From the human T2T-CHM13v2.0 reference genome, Homo sapiens, in NCBI RefSeq assembly GCF_009914755.1, contig NC_060926.1: a stretch of 64,000 bases of DNA; one strand, written 5' to 3'. The translations under genes were made by a program, and so were the position numbers. This document shows, in pieces, positions 1 to 13,380 of the stretch. Positions within the stretch are counted from its first letter, which is position 1. The number at the start of each line of letters is the position of its first letter. The notes beneath the pieces were generated by a model, which worked only from the letters and a program-made list of their open reading frames with translations, had not been told where the DNA came from and did no database searches.

Positions 1-133
1 GCATGGGGGAACCACTCCCATGGCTCACATACTTCCACCTGGTCTCTCCCTTGACATGTGCAGATTATGGGGACTATGAGGATTACAATTCAAGATGAGA
101 TTTGGGTGGGGATACAAAGCCTAAAGTATCTCA
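1..133 (-). mobile_element. MaLR LTR (MST/THE1 type), partial
   Basis: ggattacaattcaagatgagatttgggtgggga...tatctca terminus typical of MST/THE1. Confidence 0.75.
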
Positions 134-151
134 GTGTAGTTTTCAAACATA

Positions 152-643
152 TTTCTTTTTGTTTTTTGTTTTTGTTTTTGTTCTTTTGAGACAGGGTCTC
201 ACTCTGTCACCCAGGCTGGAGTGCATGATCTTGGCACACTGTACACTCGACTTCCCAAGCTCAGGAGATCCTCCCACCTCAGCCTACAAAGTAACTGGGA
301 CCACATGTCCCACAGGTGCATGCCCCCATACCCTGCTAATTTTTTGTATTTTTGATAGAGAAGGGCTCTGTCACCCAGGCTGGAGTGCAGTGGCATGATC
401 TTTGCTCACAGTACCCTTGACTTCCCAAGCTCAGGAGATCCTCCCACCTCAGCCTACTAAGTAGCTGGGACCACACATCCCACAGATGTGCACCACTACA
501 CCCAGCTAATTTTTTGTATTTTTGGTAGAGACGGGGTTTTGCCATGTTGCCTAGGCTGGTCTTGAACTCCTGAGCTCAAGCAATCTGGCTGCCTCGGACT
601 CTCAAAGTGCTAGGATTACAGGTATAAGCCACTGTGCCAGCCT
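152..643 (-). mobile_element. AluJ with tandemly duplicated right arm
   Basis: Two right-monomer copies (from 202 and 366) followed by a left monomer. Confidence 0.85.
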
Positions 644-1329
644 CAAATATGTTTCTTATCATGAGCCAAAATGAATGTATTTTCATATACTTCAGAGACA
701 TTTGCACTTCCTTTTTGTGGACTGATTGTTCTAAGAATTGAAACCATTTACCTTCCCACACAGCTTGTACCTGAGATGGGAATGACTCCCCACATAATCA
801 CACACACACACAAAGCCTCCTCTGTTGGAACATGATTTTATACTATCCCTGTCCTCCTTGGCATCGCTTTACTACTCCAGCACACTCTTCCCCAGGCAAA
901 TATCTTGATTATTCATGACTGAAACTTCTGGAAAGATCCATCGACACTTTAATAAAACCACCAACACTTTAAGCCCTAAAACATTTATCTCAAAATATTC
1001 GCCTTGCTGTTTCCACCAGTCCAAATCCTATTATTTCCTGATTCTTATGCGATCTTCATCAAGCCCCTGCATTGACAGACCTGCCTTAAACCAAACTTCA
1101 GATTCCCAGTAGAATCCAACTTTGCCTTTCCCACTCCAAGACACTGCTAAAGCTTCATGGAGCAACAAACTCAGTCTCTAGCAACTGCTGGTTTTTCTAT
1201 TGCATTGCTAGATTTGTAGGAGTTAGTTCATGAAACTGAAATAAAACCAACTCAACTGCCAGAGCAGGAGCAAGAACAGAGCTAGAAAGGAAATAGGCTC
1301 CAATCTTGCAGAGTTGTGGACTGGGCTTA

Positions 1330-1640
1330 TGTGGTGTTTTGTTTTGTTTTCTTGCAATAGAGAAGCTAGAGAATGATGTGACTGAAATGAGATTTTTTTA
1401 AAGATCGTTGTGGCTCAGTGTGGGTGAAGGAGGGAAGCAAGGATGGGTAGCGGAAATGCTGAAGGGATCAAATTTGGGAGGTGTTGGGGAGATGGAGGAA
1501 ACAGGTCATTCAGACGCACTGGCCATGGAGTATGATTGAGAGAAAGGAGTCCAAGACGACACCTGGGTTTGGATCCCAAACAACCAGGTAAATAGGGTTG
1601 CCAGTTCCTGAGATGGTGAGGAGTGGGGAAGGAACAGTGA
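1330..1640. mobile_element. L2 fragment
   Basis: Degenerate L2-like motifs (tttaaagatc..tggct; gagaaaggagtccaagacgac..ctgggtttgg). Confidence 0.45.
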
Positions 1641-1904
1641 GAGAGGGGAGGTGGTGTTTGTGGTGGAGGTAGAGAAGTGGTTACTTCAGTAGGCGGGTGG
1701 TGGAGTCTCCTGTACAGGCAAGGGTGAGTGACAACCTATGGGGCTGAGAGAAAGAAGGGAGAGGAAGGACTCACTAGAGACAAAAGTGATGCTAAATATT
1801 AACTATGTTTCTAACTAAATAGTCTATATGCAGTCCTTTTGTAGCTATTTCTAATTATTTTAACAGTAAAGCCATCCAAATTACTATTTTAAATCAACAA
1901 AGCT

Positions 1905-2200
1905 GGCCAGGCATGGTGGCTCACGCCTGTAATCTCAGCACTTTAGGAGGCCGAGGCAGGTGGATCACTTGAGGTCAGGAGTTTGAGACCAGCCTGGCTA
2001 ATATGGTGAAGCCCCATCTCTATTTAAAAATACAAAAATTAGCTGGCTGTTGTTGTGCATGCCTGTGGTCCCACTTCTCGGGAGGCTGAAGCATGAGAAT
2101 TACTTGAACCCAGGAGGCAGAGGTTGCAGTGAGCTGAGATCATGCCACTGCACTCCAGCCTGGGTGACAGAGCGAGACTGTCTCAAATAAATAAATAATA
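1905..2200 (+). mobile_element. AluS
   Basis: Full dimeric Alu with (AAAT)n tail. Confidence 0.9.
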
Positions 2201-3555
2201 AGCAGAGTCATTTTATTTTACTTGGTACACATAGTACATTCCTACCACACATTTTCAAAAATAGTGCCACTGTTTGGGCTCATGTCCTTGCTCAGCAAAC
2301 CTTGTGCTCCTATTTAAAGGACAGCATGTCTCTTCACATATTTGTTATAAATCTTTTCAAAGACACTAATGAAATAAGAGGATACTCATTTTTTTTAAAT
2401 CTAGAAATTTTAAGCTTAATGGATTTCCAAATAAAATCAGGAACTCAGAAGACAGTCTATGCACACTCTATTCTTGCTGACAATGCACAAGAGAAAGCAG
2501 CTTTATTTTATGAAATCTAATTAAATGACTACAGGGAAAAGCTAAAGGAGTTGGTAACAGGCAGAAGTTTTTCCTTGTGAGCACTGAGGGCTCCAGCTTT
2601 CTGGGGCTGCCATGGCAGTCAACCTTCAACCTGGTGATTAACTGAAGTGTGGGACCCACGTCACCAGCAAACATGATCACAGCATCACGTGACCTTTTGT
2701 GCGTCAGGGGGTAATGTGTAATCTGAGCAATGCTCAAAGAATGGGCTGTGAATAGTAAAGGACGTTCATATAACTGTGAGCCACACTGACTGCAGTCATT
2801 TATTTCAAGATTACGCCAATTTATTTAGATGCAAATGTCACAGACCGATTAAAAACTAGTCCATTGCACATATTCCATTTGCTGCTGAGATGAGAATTAA
2901 TAGACACAAGCCAGACAACATCTATATAGGTGTGACACCTCATCAGAGGAGCAAAGTGCGTGCTCAGTCACTTTTCTGAATGCACAAATTAGCCCAAGGT
3001 GAACTTGTCCTCTCTTCTACTGCAAATGCTCAAAGGAATGCCCTTGATTTCACCTCTTTTCATTACACTGTATTATTAAACTATCAGGATTTTGTAGCAT
3101 TGTCCTAGTTATCAACTATGATGAATTTTAGAATCAAATAGCTAAGCATGCTCACCACGTAATCTATGCACCACAGAATAGTTTTTGATTCCAGAAAAAA
3201 ATGATAGATTTTTTATACTGAATCAGGCTTACATTCTGGGAATAAATCCCAAAGGACCATAGGTGGAACTAATTGCTTTGGAACTGTGAGAACTGGGCAG
3301 AGCATAGGGGTCAGGGTTGGGGACATCATCAGCCCACAAGCTACAGAGCCAGCAACTAAAAGTGAACCAGCAGAGAGCATCCAGGGACAAACAATCCAGC
3401 CAAAGGGTCAGGTCAAAGGCATAGGACCAGAGGCAGAGTCCAGGCACAGGGAATGGGTGCCAACCAGGCATTCCAGATGAGAATGGCAAAGGCCTCTGGG
3501 TGGGCTGTCCCTTACAGAGCTCTATCACACTACTGAATGTTATGAAATCTGCACA

Positions 3556-3975
3556 GGCCAGGCACGGTGGCTCACACCTCTAATCCCAGCACTTTGGGAG
3601 GCCGAGGTGGGCAGATCGCTTGAGCTCAGGAGTTTGAGACAAGCCTGGGCAACAAGCCCTACCAAAAACCCAAAAATTAGCCAGGCATGGTGGCACGTGC
3701 CTGTAATTCCAGCTACTTGTGAGGCTGAGGTGGGAGGACAGCTTGAACTCAGGAGTTCAAGACAAGCCTGAGCAACATGACAAAAACCCGTTTCTACCAA
3801 AAACACAAAAAATTTGCCGGGTGTCGTGGTGCACCTGTAATTCCAGCTACTCAAGAGGCTGAGGTGGGAGGATTGCTTGAGCCTGGGAGGCGGAGGTTGC
3901 ATTGAGCCATGATTGCACTATTGCACTCCAGCCTGGGCAACAGAGTGAGACCCCATTTCAAAAAATAAATAAATA
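3556..3975 (+). mobile_element. Trimeric AluJ-like element
   Basis: Three monomers and two A-rich linkers; TSD AAATCTGCA at 3545-3553 and 3976-3984. Confidence 0.85.
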
Positions 3976-4373
3976 AAATCTGCATGGGATTTTACTTCTC
4001 TCTAGCAAAGTGATAGATAGAAAAGGCAAATGGCAGCACTGGTGCAAAACTTGGGCCTTTGCTGGGCAGGAGAATGTTTTACCTATATTTCTAAAACACA
4101 CAATATGAAGTGCTTGATGGCCATTCCAAAAGTACGAGTTGTCCTTGAGAAAGGATAACACATGAAAAGTACACTTCTAAATACTAATCTTTCTGATCAA
4201 ATATATATATATTTACTTGTGGATATGTATATCCACAAGTTTTCCATAGGAGTCCCAAATTCTAGTTACCAAATCAGAATGTGTTAACTTCTAACAAGTA
4301 CAATCAATAACATATATTCATTAAAAGTAATAATTCCAACTGTAAGCCTTTGTCTTAGAAACTAAGAGGAGGA

Positions 4374-4976
<603 letters not shown>

Positions 4977-6830
4977 GTGGATATCCAAATGGACATTAAA
5001 TATATGAAAAGATGCTGCTCATCCACATTAGTCATCAGGGAAATGCACATTAAAATCAGAATAAATATTGTTACATATCCACTAGAGTGGCTAGAACTAA
5101 AAGGACTGACAATGACAGGCATTACAGAGCAGTTGTGACTCACATACATGGCTGGAGGGAGTGTCAATTGGCACATCCACATTGGGCAACTTCTTGGTGG
5201 TATCTACTAAGGTTGAACCTAAACATACCCTATAACTTCACAATTTCTCTCCAAGGTTTCATTTACATCCCACAGAAATATGGGTCAAAAGCATCAAAAT
5301 GTTTATAGCTACTTTATTTGTAACAGCCAAAGACTGGCAAAAACTTAAATGTTCATCAACAGGGGAATAGATGAACAAATTATAATAAATTCCTACACAG
5401 GAAGATGATGCATCAGTAAAAACCCTAGAAGAAAACCTAGGCAATACCATTCAGGACATAGGCATGGGCAAGGACTTCATGACTAAAACACCAAAAGCAA
5501 TGGCAACAAAAGCCAAAATTGACAAATGGGATCTAATTAAACTAAAGAGCTTCTGCACAGTAAAAGAAACTACCATCAGAGTGAACAGGCAACCTACAGA
5601 ATGGGAGAAAATTTTTACAATCTACCCATCTGACAAAGGGCTAATATCCAGAATCTACAAAGAACTTAAACAAATTTACAAGAAAAAATCAAACAACCCC
5701 ATCAAAAAGTGGGCAAAGGATATGAACAGACACTTCTCAAAAGAAGACATTTATGCAGCCCACAGACACATGAAAACATGCTCACCATCACTGGCCATCA
5801 GAGAAATGCAAATCAAAACCTCAATGAGATACCATCTCACACCAGTTAGAATGGCGATCATTAAAAAATCAGGAAACAACAGGTGCTGGAGAGGATGTGG
5901 AGAAATAGGAACACTGTTGGTGGCACTGTAAACTAGTTCAACCATTGTGGAAGACAGTGTGATGATTCCTCAAGGATCTAGAACTAGAAATACCATTTGA
6001 CCCAGCCATCCCATTACTGGGTATATATCCAAAGGATTATAAATCATGCTGCTATAAAGACACACATATGTTTTTTGCGGCACTATTCACAATAGCAAAG
6101 ACTTGGAACCAACCCAAATGTCCATCAATAATAGACTGGATTAAGAAAATGTGGCACATATACACCATGGAATATTTTGCAGCCATAAAAAAGGATGAGT
6201 TCATGTCCTTTGTAGGGACATGGATGAAGCTGGAAACCCTCATTCTGAACTAACTATTGCAAGGACAGAAAACCAAACACCGCATGTTCTCACTCATAGG
6301 TGGGAATTGAACAATGAGAACACTTGCACACAGGATGGGGATCATCACACACCGGGGCCTGTTGTAGGGTGGGGGGAGGGGGGGGATGGCATTAGGAGAT
6401 ATACCTAATGTAAATGACGAGTTAATGGGTGCAGCACACCAACATGGCACATGTATACATATGTAACAAACCTGCACGTTGTGCACATGTACCTAGAACT
6501 TAAAGTATAAAAAGAATTATCCATTGAAGCAAATCAATAATTTTTAAAAAAATGAACAAGTTACATTGCCATGGAACAACATAGTTGAACCTCACAAAAT
6601 ACTGGAAAAAATTAATGCATAATATCAGAAATCAGGATGAGGGTGTCCTTGAGAGGAGAGAAGAGCTCATAATGGGAGGAGGCAATGCCAGCATTCTAGG
6701 GTGCTGGTGCTGTTCTGGTTTTACATAGATTGTGGTTCTATGGGTATGTGAGAATTCATGGAGCTGTGTACCCTTATGATTTCTGTACTTCTCTGCATGT
6801 TTGCTTTACTTTAAGAATAATGTTTAAAAT
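4977..6830 (+). mobile_element. Old L1M(E) 3' fragment interrupted by L1PA
   Basis: Degenerate ORF2-end/3' UTR motifs (atgaaaagatgct..cattagtcatcagggaaatgca) on both sides of the L1PA. Confidence 0.65.
5417..6515 (+). mobile_element. 5'-truncated L1PA (L1PA4/5-like): ORF2 C-terminus and 3' UTR
   Basis: ORF 5464-5931 [31 protein letters not shown]... is L1 ORF2; G-rich 3' UTR ending cttaaagtataa. Confidence 0.93.
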
Positions 6831-7465
6831 TTTTAAAAATTGGAAGAAAACCCATCAAGGGTAACTTCCAAGAGCCTATAGAAAAGCTCCAATGACCTCC
6901 AAATTCTTCCTGTTTGTTCAGGTGAGTCTTCAGATCCTACCACTGGATTCATTCCTTCACCTGGTCTTTATAGGCAGCATACATTACTTCAACAAATATT
7001 TATAGAGGGCCTATTGTGGGCCAGGCACTGGGCTGAAATTCAAAGATGAATACAACAGGTTTGTAAATTCTCAGGGAGTTCACAGCCTGAAGAAACAGAA
7101 CTGCTTTCTAATCCTGTACTCTGCTAAATGCTCTCTCATACATCTTCTCATTTAATTCACATTTCATTGAACTCAGTAACCCAGTCCATAAATCAGTGGC
7201 AGGGGCCTAATAAAAGCTAATTCTTATGAACTGCAGGGCAGGCATCTTGCCTCTACACCAGGCTTGGTAATATGTCGTGTATACCACAGTAGGTAACTCC
7301 TTGCTAACCCACAGCAGGCATCAATAATCTGCCAGGCTCTCCCTGGCTTTGACATGGCCTCCCAATCCTCCTCCTCATAGCTCAATAGACAATCATTATA
7401 GAACAATGGGGATTTGCCCAGGGGATGCCCCTAATCTACTATTCTTGAATCAAAGCATCAACTAC

Positions 7466-7857
<392 letters not shown>

Positions 7858-8543
7858 TGAGAGTAAATTTGTAGGCAAGGGCCGAGAAGGAAGTATGCAA
7901 TCCATGCAGGTCTAGAGTTTTAAGGGGACTTAGACTAAATGGTTAAGGCACTGCAGGAAACATGCTTATGCCACTATTTTGCCTGAAGTAGAAACTAGCC
8001 TTGGTGACAAATAGTAAGCTTATAAATTAATCTTAATGGGAATAAGGGACAGCTGAAATAGATCCTGAGATCATCAGTGGGAATTTCGGCTCACATTACA
8101 TAGAAATAGTCTGTGGTGTTAAAAACTCCTGGCTCAGCAAAACTCCTGATCAGTTCTCAAGAAAGAGGATTTATCAGCACGCTTCCTGTGTCGCCTACAC
8201 AACTGTCTATCTTTCATTATCAATGCTGGTGACAGTGATCAAAATGATCCATGAGCAACCTGAACCTACCTGAGCAAGAGGCTGCTTCCTTCCTCTGACA
8301 ACCGCGCCAGAGAGAAAGGCTTTGCTGGGAAGGAATTCTTGGATCAGGGCATTTGTTGAAACACCAAAGGTTAAAAAGCAAAGATGGCACACCTTGGTGT
8401 GGGACTCAGTTGGTTTTTTGTTTTATTATGCATATATAAATAGGGAAAATACTTATCAAAAAATAAATAATAAACTCAGAAACATGCCAAGCCCTTACCT
8501 GTTGGCTTTAAGTTGCTGTATTTTGCAGGTTTCTAACTCATGC

Positions 8544-8859
8544 TGATACAGAACGGCTGAGCTCCTGGCTAAGCTCTACCCTCAAGCCTGGAACCTCAGC
8601 CTTAAGTGAAAACAGCTGACCCTGATACAGAACGGCTGGGCTCCTGGCCAAACTCCACCCTCAAGCCTGGAACCTCAGCCTTAAGTGAAAACAGCTGACC
8701 CTGATACAGAACGGCTGGGCTCCTGGCTAAATTCTACCCTCAAGCCTGGAACCTTAGCCTTAAGTGAAAACAGCTGACGCTGATACAGAAGGGCTGGGCT
8801 CCTGGCTAAACTCCACCCTCAAGCCCAGAACCTCAGCCCTAAGTCAAAACAGCTGACCC
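8544..8859 (+). repeat. Tandem repeat, 4 x 79 bp
   Basis: Units start with TGATACAGAA at 8544, 8623, 8702 and 8781. Confidence 0.95.
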
Positions 8860-9404
8860 TGTTGCCTTTTTGACCCACCCCACCCCTTATCCTGTGCTTG
8901 CCTTTTTGGCCCACCCCATCCCCTATTCTATGCCCATAGAAAGATGTCAGCTGGTGGAGCAAAAAGAGGCAGCTGATGCAAGTGATTGGGGATACAAGCT
9001 TCTGAGCCTCAGGGATACAAGCTGCTGAACTTCAGGGTTACATGCAGCTGAGCATCAGAGACTAAGGATAGACTCGGCTAACTTGAGATGGTGCAGCTTC
9101 AGGAAAAGATCACTTTCTTCCCACACCATCCTCTTTCCAGTTCCCCATCCCGCTAAGAGACATTTTTATTGCCAAATAAAATTCTCCACATACACTACCC
9201 TTCAAATAGTTCACGTGACCTGATTCTTCCTGGACACCAAACAAGAACTCAGGTGTCAAGAAGGGCAGGTGCAGGAGGCTGTCACCCTGACCCTTCACTG
9301 AGCTGTTAACACTCAGCCATCCACAGATTACAGGCTGAGTGAAATGAGCCACTCCAGTTCCTGCCCACAAAGGGGGTCAAGGTCAAGGGAACCATCCTGT
9401 CTCA
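8544..9404 (+). mobile_element. ERV1 solo LTR (LTR1/LTR27/LTR28-like) with 5' tandem repeat
   Basis: TG...CA termini, near-perfect 4-bp TSD ATGC/ATAC, internal AATAAA near 9175; family assignment from memory. Confidence 0.75.
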
Positions 9405-9568
9405 ATACAACTATAGAATCTCTGGCTAGACGTGCCATAGGAGAACTCCTCAAGAGATAGAAGGACCCAACCAAAGAGACACCGCATAGGGCCATCTTGC
9501 CTGCTTATTTCCAGTCCAGAGATAGCCTCCTCTATGTCCTCACCCCTCCCGATTTCCTAACCACGAAC

Positions 9569-9569
9569 A

Positions 9570-9602
<33 letters not shown>

Positions 9603-9675
9603 CACATACACACACATACACATACACACACATACACACAACATACACACATACACACACATACACACATACACA

Positions 9676-9709
<34 letters not shown>
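9569..9709. repeat. Imperfect (CA)n microsatellite
   Basis: About 140 bp of CA/TA dinucleotides. Confidence 0.95.
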
Positions 9710-9714
9710 ACCCC

Positions 9715-10439
9715 TGTTAGCAGAGGAACGCATCCAGGTCATGTGGCACCAAAGTATGTCAGAGGCGGTGAACCTGTATAGGTCTGCAGCAACCTCAATT
9801 CTTGCCTCATCAGAAGAAAGAATATGACTGAGGAGGCATAAAGCAGAAGAGACCGAGGCAAGTTTTAGAGCAGGAGTGAAAGTTTATTAAAAAGCTTTAC
9901 AGCAGGAACGAAAGGAAGGAAAGTACACTTGGAAGAGGGCAAAGCAGGTGACTTGAGAGACCAAGTGCACAATTTGAGCTTTGACTTGGGGTTTTATAGG
10001 TTGGCGTAGTCCCGGGGGTCTTGCGTCCCTTCTCCCCTGATTCTTCCCTTGTGGTGGGCTGTCCTCATGCCCAGTGGCCTGTTAGCACTTGGGAGAGGAG
10101 AACATGCACAGTGTGTTCCCTGGAGTTGTACACATGCTCACTCGAGGTGCTCTTCCTTTACCAGCCAGATGCTTCATTTTGCCTCTTAGTGAACATACTT
10201 GAGCCCACTCGCCCAACTGCTGAGATCTTATTAGGAAGCTGCTGATCACCAGTTTCAGGTTTTTCTAACTATTGGGAGACTGCCTTTCTCTGGCACTGGC
10301 TATGACCGATTATTATTTTAGAGAGAACTTAACAACTGCCTGACCGCCACCTAATGGTCACCTGACATTCCTGGTGCATGTGGGGGTAGGGGAGCCCTCT
10401 CCTGTTCCGCTCGTGTCTGACTAGCTAGCTAGTGTAACA
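9715..10439 (-). mobile_element. ERV1 solo LTR (MER50-like)
   Basis: TGTTA...TAACA termini; gcagcaacctcaattcttgcctc..agaagaaaga motif; minus-strand AATAAA near 9883. Confidence 0.7.
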
Positions 10440-11479
10440 CACCCAACCCCACATTTCCTTTCCAGGAAATTTAGAAAATAGAAAATCCCCGTCTTTAGCA
10501 CCTTCCTCTTACTTTGCCCCCTCCTCTCTAATGCTTATTTCTCCCCAGCCCCAACCCCTACTCTTCTAACACTGGAATTCAGGGCTTCCTCCTGGTTAAG
10601 AAAAGAAGGAATTTGATGAATTCCACCTATCTCTTCCATCTCTCCCAAAGTTATGTGCATTTTTTAAAAGAATTCAAACACAGTTATTTACATATACACA
10701 CACTCCATCCCCACCAGAAAGATAGCCTTGTAAGGGTGGAATTTTAGATTCAAGCAGAGAAGTTACTACTTTTATAGTGAGATGGGCTGGGAAAACTTTC
10801 TACAAATTGCACTTACCATCATAGCCTTCATCTACAAGTAAAACTATTCTCACACCCAACCTTGAGGCCTCTCTCACACACACATGTGCACACACACACG
10901 CACACACATCTACTAAATAACTGCTGTGAAGCACTTCTGAAATAGTGTAGTAAGAACTTCTAAAAACCCACACTTCCATAAAAGCAATGAGAACACTAGC
11001 AAAAATTGTCAAAAACAAAAACAAAAAAACAAAAAAAACCCACAACTTTTTAAGAACTGTGGAAATTAACCAAAGGAGTCCTACTATCTGCAAGGCATTT
11101 ATTCAAGAAAACTGGCTGAACCTCAGAAAGAACAGTGAGTTTTGTGGTATTTTAACTTGCCCTATTCTCATCTCCTCCTCAGCTCCTCAGTAGCCTTGAA
11201 AACTAACAGCCTCACACCAATGATAGCTGTGAAAATCATCAGTCTAGCAGCCACGGGAGGAGACAGATGGGTTTGGAGTTCTGCAAAAGCCTATCCCTAG
11301 AGAATTGTCACTGTTTGACCTGCCTGGCAGCATCCTGAAAATCTCCCTTCTCAGAGTTGTCTCTGCATGGCCTAACTCACAGCTCACTCTGTTCAAATAG
11401 CCCCATTCCCCGGACATTTGTTTAAGAAAAAGTGGAAGTTGTTTAACATTACAGCTTCCTCAGGTAGTAATACCACTAG

Positions 11480-11672
<193 letters not shown>

Positions 11673-13082
11673 AAAAAAAACTTTAAAATAATCTGGGGGA
11701 TGAGATGTCCATGGGGGCCTTGGAAACACTCTGACATATTCTTGGGAATCTAGAAGGCTATTTGCATGTGCAGCACTGTGCACACACCCAGGAAAGACCC
11801 AAAAGGCCCTAATCTCTCACCTCTGGCTGAATTTCAGGATCTCCATAAGCCAGAAGCAAAGGCTAAGGCAGAGTTTAAACTGCCTGCCAACTAGTGAAGG
11901 CATGCCCTAATATACATGCATACATACACATACACACAGAGTCTCTTGGCAAAGGCTGGGAGAGATACTGTTTCATACATTTAAAGAAATCTCTGTCCTG
12001 GCTGAGGTGAGAAGATCACCTGAGCCCAGGACTCAGTGGATGCAATGAGCTATGATTGTGCCCTTGCACTCTCATCTGGGTGACAGAGCAAAACACTTTC
12101 TCTAAAAAAAAAGAAAAAGAGAAATTTCTCTCCAGTCATCAGCTCTCTGCCAAGATAACCAAGCAGAGACTTCAGTGACCATGCACGAGAAAGAATGTAG
12201 ATGAGAGACTGTGAACTGTCCTGGAGCCCAGTGGTGCTAAGGCTGAGGTGCAAGTGAAGCTCCAGCTGCTCCCCAGGAATGACTGACCGCAGGCTACTGC
12301 ACTCAGGGCAGAGGGATAACAAAGGCATGGGCAACTGTTTTCAGGACCGAGGCACAAGTGAGGCACCATTTCAGAGCCCTGCCCCCAGCAGATTACACAC
12401 TATCCTGGAGTCCTGCATAGCTGGCTCTGAGGCACAAGCGAAGTGCTGGCTGCTGTTCCCAGGACTCGAGAACCAGCGAACACGGGCTACTGCACCTGGG
12501 GCTGAGGAGTGAACAAGCATGCTGCCGAGGCACAAATGGCATACAGTTCCCCACCCACCCACCTAGGTGCTGCCACTGAAGACAGTGCTGCCAACCCCGC
12601 AGTGACAGTGCAGCAGCACAGCCATGCCACCACCAACCTGAGCATTCCACTGGTGGCCTGATAATCATATCAGCACCTATACACACCATCAGAGGCCTGT
12701 GGACAAGCCTGCTCAGCCTGACTTCACCCTACCACCTGTGCCAGAGCACAGTCTGGGGACCAGGGAATTGCCCAGCCTAGTCCACACTATTGGCACCTGA
12801 ACGCTCCTCCTGGGGGCATGAAGTTGAGTCTACCCACCCAGCTGCTACCACCACAGCTGGCGCATACCTGCCGACACCACCTGCAGGACTGAAGACTGGC
12901 CCAGCTCATTGCAGTAACCAACACCAGCACACATTGTTTGGGACCCAGAGTGTCATCCCTACTTCTACTGCCATTGCCCATGCCACACTGGCTGCTCAGG
13001 ACCCACTGAACTTCCCAGTCCACTGCTGCCACTACTGGTATGTGAGTAGGCCACGTGGGGGCCCAATAATTGGCCCACCTGA

Positions 13083-13380
13083 GGCCAGGCGTGGTGGCTC
13101 ACACCTGTAATCCCAGCACTTTGGGAGGCCGAGGCAGGCAGATCACTTGAGGTCAGGAATTTGAGACCAGCCTGGCCAATATAGTGAAACTGTGTCACTA
13201 TTAAAAATACAAAAATTAGCCAGGCGTGGTGGCACATGCCTGCAGTCCCAGCTACTTGGGAGGCTGAGGCAGGAGAATGGCTTGAACCCAGAAGGTGGAG
13301 TTGTGGTGAGTCAAGGTCGCACCACTGCACTTCAGCCTGGGTGACAGAGCAAGACTCCTCACCAAAAAAAAAAATAAAAA
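13083..13380 (+). mobile_element. AluS with 15-bp TSD
   Basis: TSD AATTGGCCCACCTGA at 13068-13082 and 13381-13395. Confidence 0.92.

Noticed and set aside
880-1190. Possible old LTR fragment
   Set aside because: The composition is LTR-like, but I could not support termini, a TSD or a family.
5464-5931. 155-aa ORF
   Set aside because: C-terminal fragment of L1 ORF2 in a 5'-truncated, frameshifted copy; not a host gene.
8544-8859. Regularly spaced repeats resembling a CRISPR-like array
   Set aside because: The units are contiguous with no unique spacers and lie inside a primate LTR; this is a tandem repeat.
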